This document shows, piece after piece, positions 63,183 through 64,000 of a DNA stretch of 64,000 bases. A program made the translations under genes and the position numbers. The stretch spans positions 4,024-68,023 of the forward strand of contig JBHPGP010000002.1 of the NCBI GenBank assembly GCA_042570305.1. The letters are read 5' to 3'. The DNA is from Candidatus Omnitrophota bacterium. Lineage in GTDB: Bacteria > Omnitrophota > Gorgyraeia > Gygaellales > JAHJCI01. Each line of letters starts with the position of its first letter. The first letter of the stretch is position 1. A model generated the notes under the pieces. That model made no database searches. It was not told the DNA's origin and saw nothing but the letters and a program-made list of their open reading frames with translations.

Positions 63183-64000
63183 ATGAAAGACAAATATCTC
63201 AAATTGGGTGAGATTTTATTGCAGGAAGGCGTCATTACGCAGGTTCAGCTTGAAAAGGCAATTGCTGTCCAGAGAAAGGAAGGCGGGCGTTTAGGTGAGG
63301 TATTGCTTAAATTGAAGATAATCAGCGAAGAGCAGCTGGTGATTGCAATTGGCAAACAATTGGGCATTCCCTATTTTTCGATTGGCACGGGCATGCTCAA
63401 GCCTGCGACAGACCAAAACCTGGAGGAATTAATCCCGGTTGATGTGGCAAAGAAAAACCTGGTTTTACCTTTATCGCGGACATTAAATTCATTAACCGTA
63501 GCGATGACCGATCCGCTAGACCTCATTTTAATGGATAACCTGAAGAAGCTTACCGGTTGTAACGTTAATCCGGTTATTTCCACGAGATCAAATATCGCCA
63601 AGGCAATCGAGCAGTATTACGGGAAATCCAGCTTTTTTAAAAAAGCCGTCGAAGATACATACGACACCGAAGAGCCACAGGTTGTTACCTCAGTAGAAGG
63701 GGATAAGGTCAGCGAAGAGGAATTAAGCCTGGATAAACTCATTGCCCGCGCGGAAGAAGCCCCCTTAGTAAAATTAGTTGACCTGATTATCCGTCAGGCA
63801 ATTGATGAGCGCGCTTCCGACATTCATCTGGAGCCGTTTAAAGAAAAGCTCAGCTTGAGGTACCGTATTGACGGAAGGCTTTATGAAATACCTCCCCCGG
63901 CCCAGCACCTGCATCTTCCGATAGTCTCCAGGATCAAGATACTCTCCAAGCTGGATATAGCGGAAAAGCGGCTGCCTCAGGACGGGACATTCACTGTGAA
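63183..64000 (+). CDS. pilB: Type IV pilus/T2SS assembly ATPase PilB/GspE (3' truncated by window; absent from ORF track)
   Basis: MKDKYLKLGEILL..., MshEN-like RLGEVL, AMTDPLD, ASDIHLEP, RYRIDG, SRIKILSKLDIAEKRLPQDG. Confidence 0.9.
   Translation, partial: MKDKYLKLGEILLQEGVITQVQLEKAIAVQRKEGGRLGEVLLKLKIISEEQLVIAIGKQLGIPYFSIGTGMLKPATDQNLEELIPVDVAKKNLVLPLSRTLNSLTVAMTDPLDLILMDNLKKLTGCNVNPVISTRSNIAKAIEQYYGKSSFFKKAVEDTYDTEEPQVVTSVEGDKVSEEELSLDKLIARAEEAPLVKLVDLIIRQAIDERASDIHLEPFKEKLSLRYRIDGRLYEIPPPAQHLHLPIVSRIKILSKLDIAEKRLPQDGTFTV

Overview
Bacterial chromosomal window, almost entirely + strand. Gene content and style (PilM-PilN fusion pilus operon, 'ITTYYPSP' secreted proteins, many PAS/GGDEF/HD-GYP genes) suggest Candidatus Omnitrophota; this assignment is inference. 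0-12 kb is housekeeping: AEC transporter, smpB-ssrA, murI-queDCEF, two-subunit fumarate hydratase, rph-rdgB, tRNA-Pro/Arg/His and a PAS kinase. 12-44 kb is accessory-like: a giant cyclic beta-1,2-glucan synthase, a cold-shock/small-protein cluster, two B12 radical SAMs, c-di-GMP enzymes and a protein-glycosylation cassette. Two of these blocks are bracketed by duplicated promoter sequences. 44-49 kb holds hycI-like protease, hflKC and a membrane pyrophosphatase. Main candidate system (49.3-53.7 kb): a REP-associated HUH nuclease (RAYT), an ECF sigma, a soluble zinc anti-sigma and a membrane-anchored CHAT(caspase-like)-TPR protease, all enclosed by a 28-bp inverted repeat (27/28 match). A shared motif TnAGA-N14-TCGTCTA, a candidate ECF promoter, precedes the RAYT, the anti-sigma/CHAT genes and a beta-propeller/TolC-like gene. 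Downstream are tandem secreted proteins with variable Cys-rich tips, an exactly duplicated excisionase-like HTH joined by a slippery A_AAA_AAC and preceded by 10-bp-phased repeats, and a type IV pilus operon. No CRISPR array or rRNA was seen. All calls are from reading the sequence; no searches were run.
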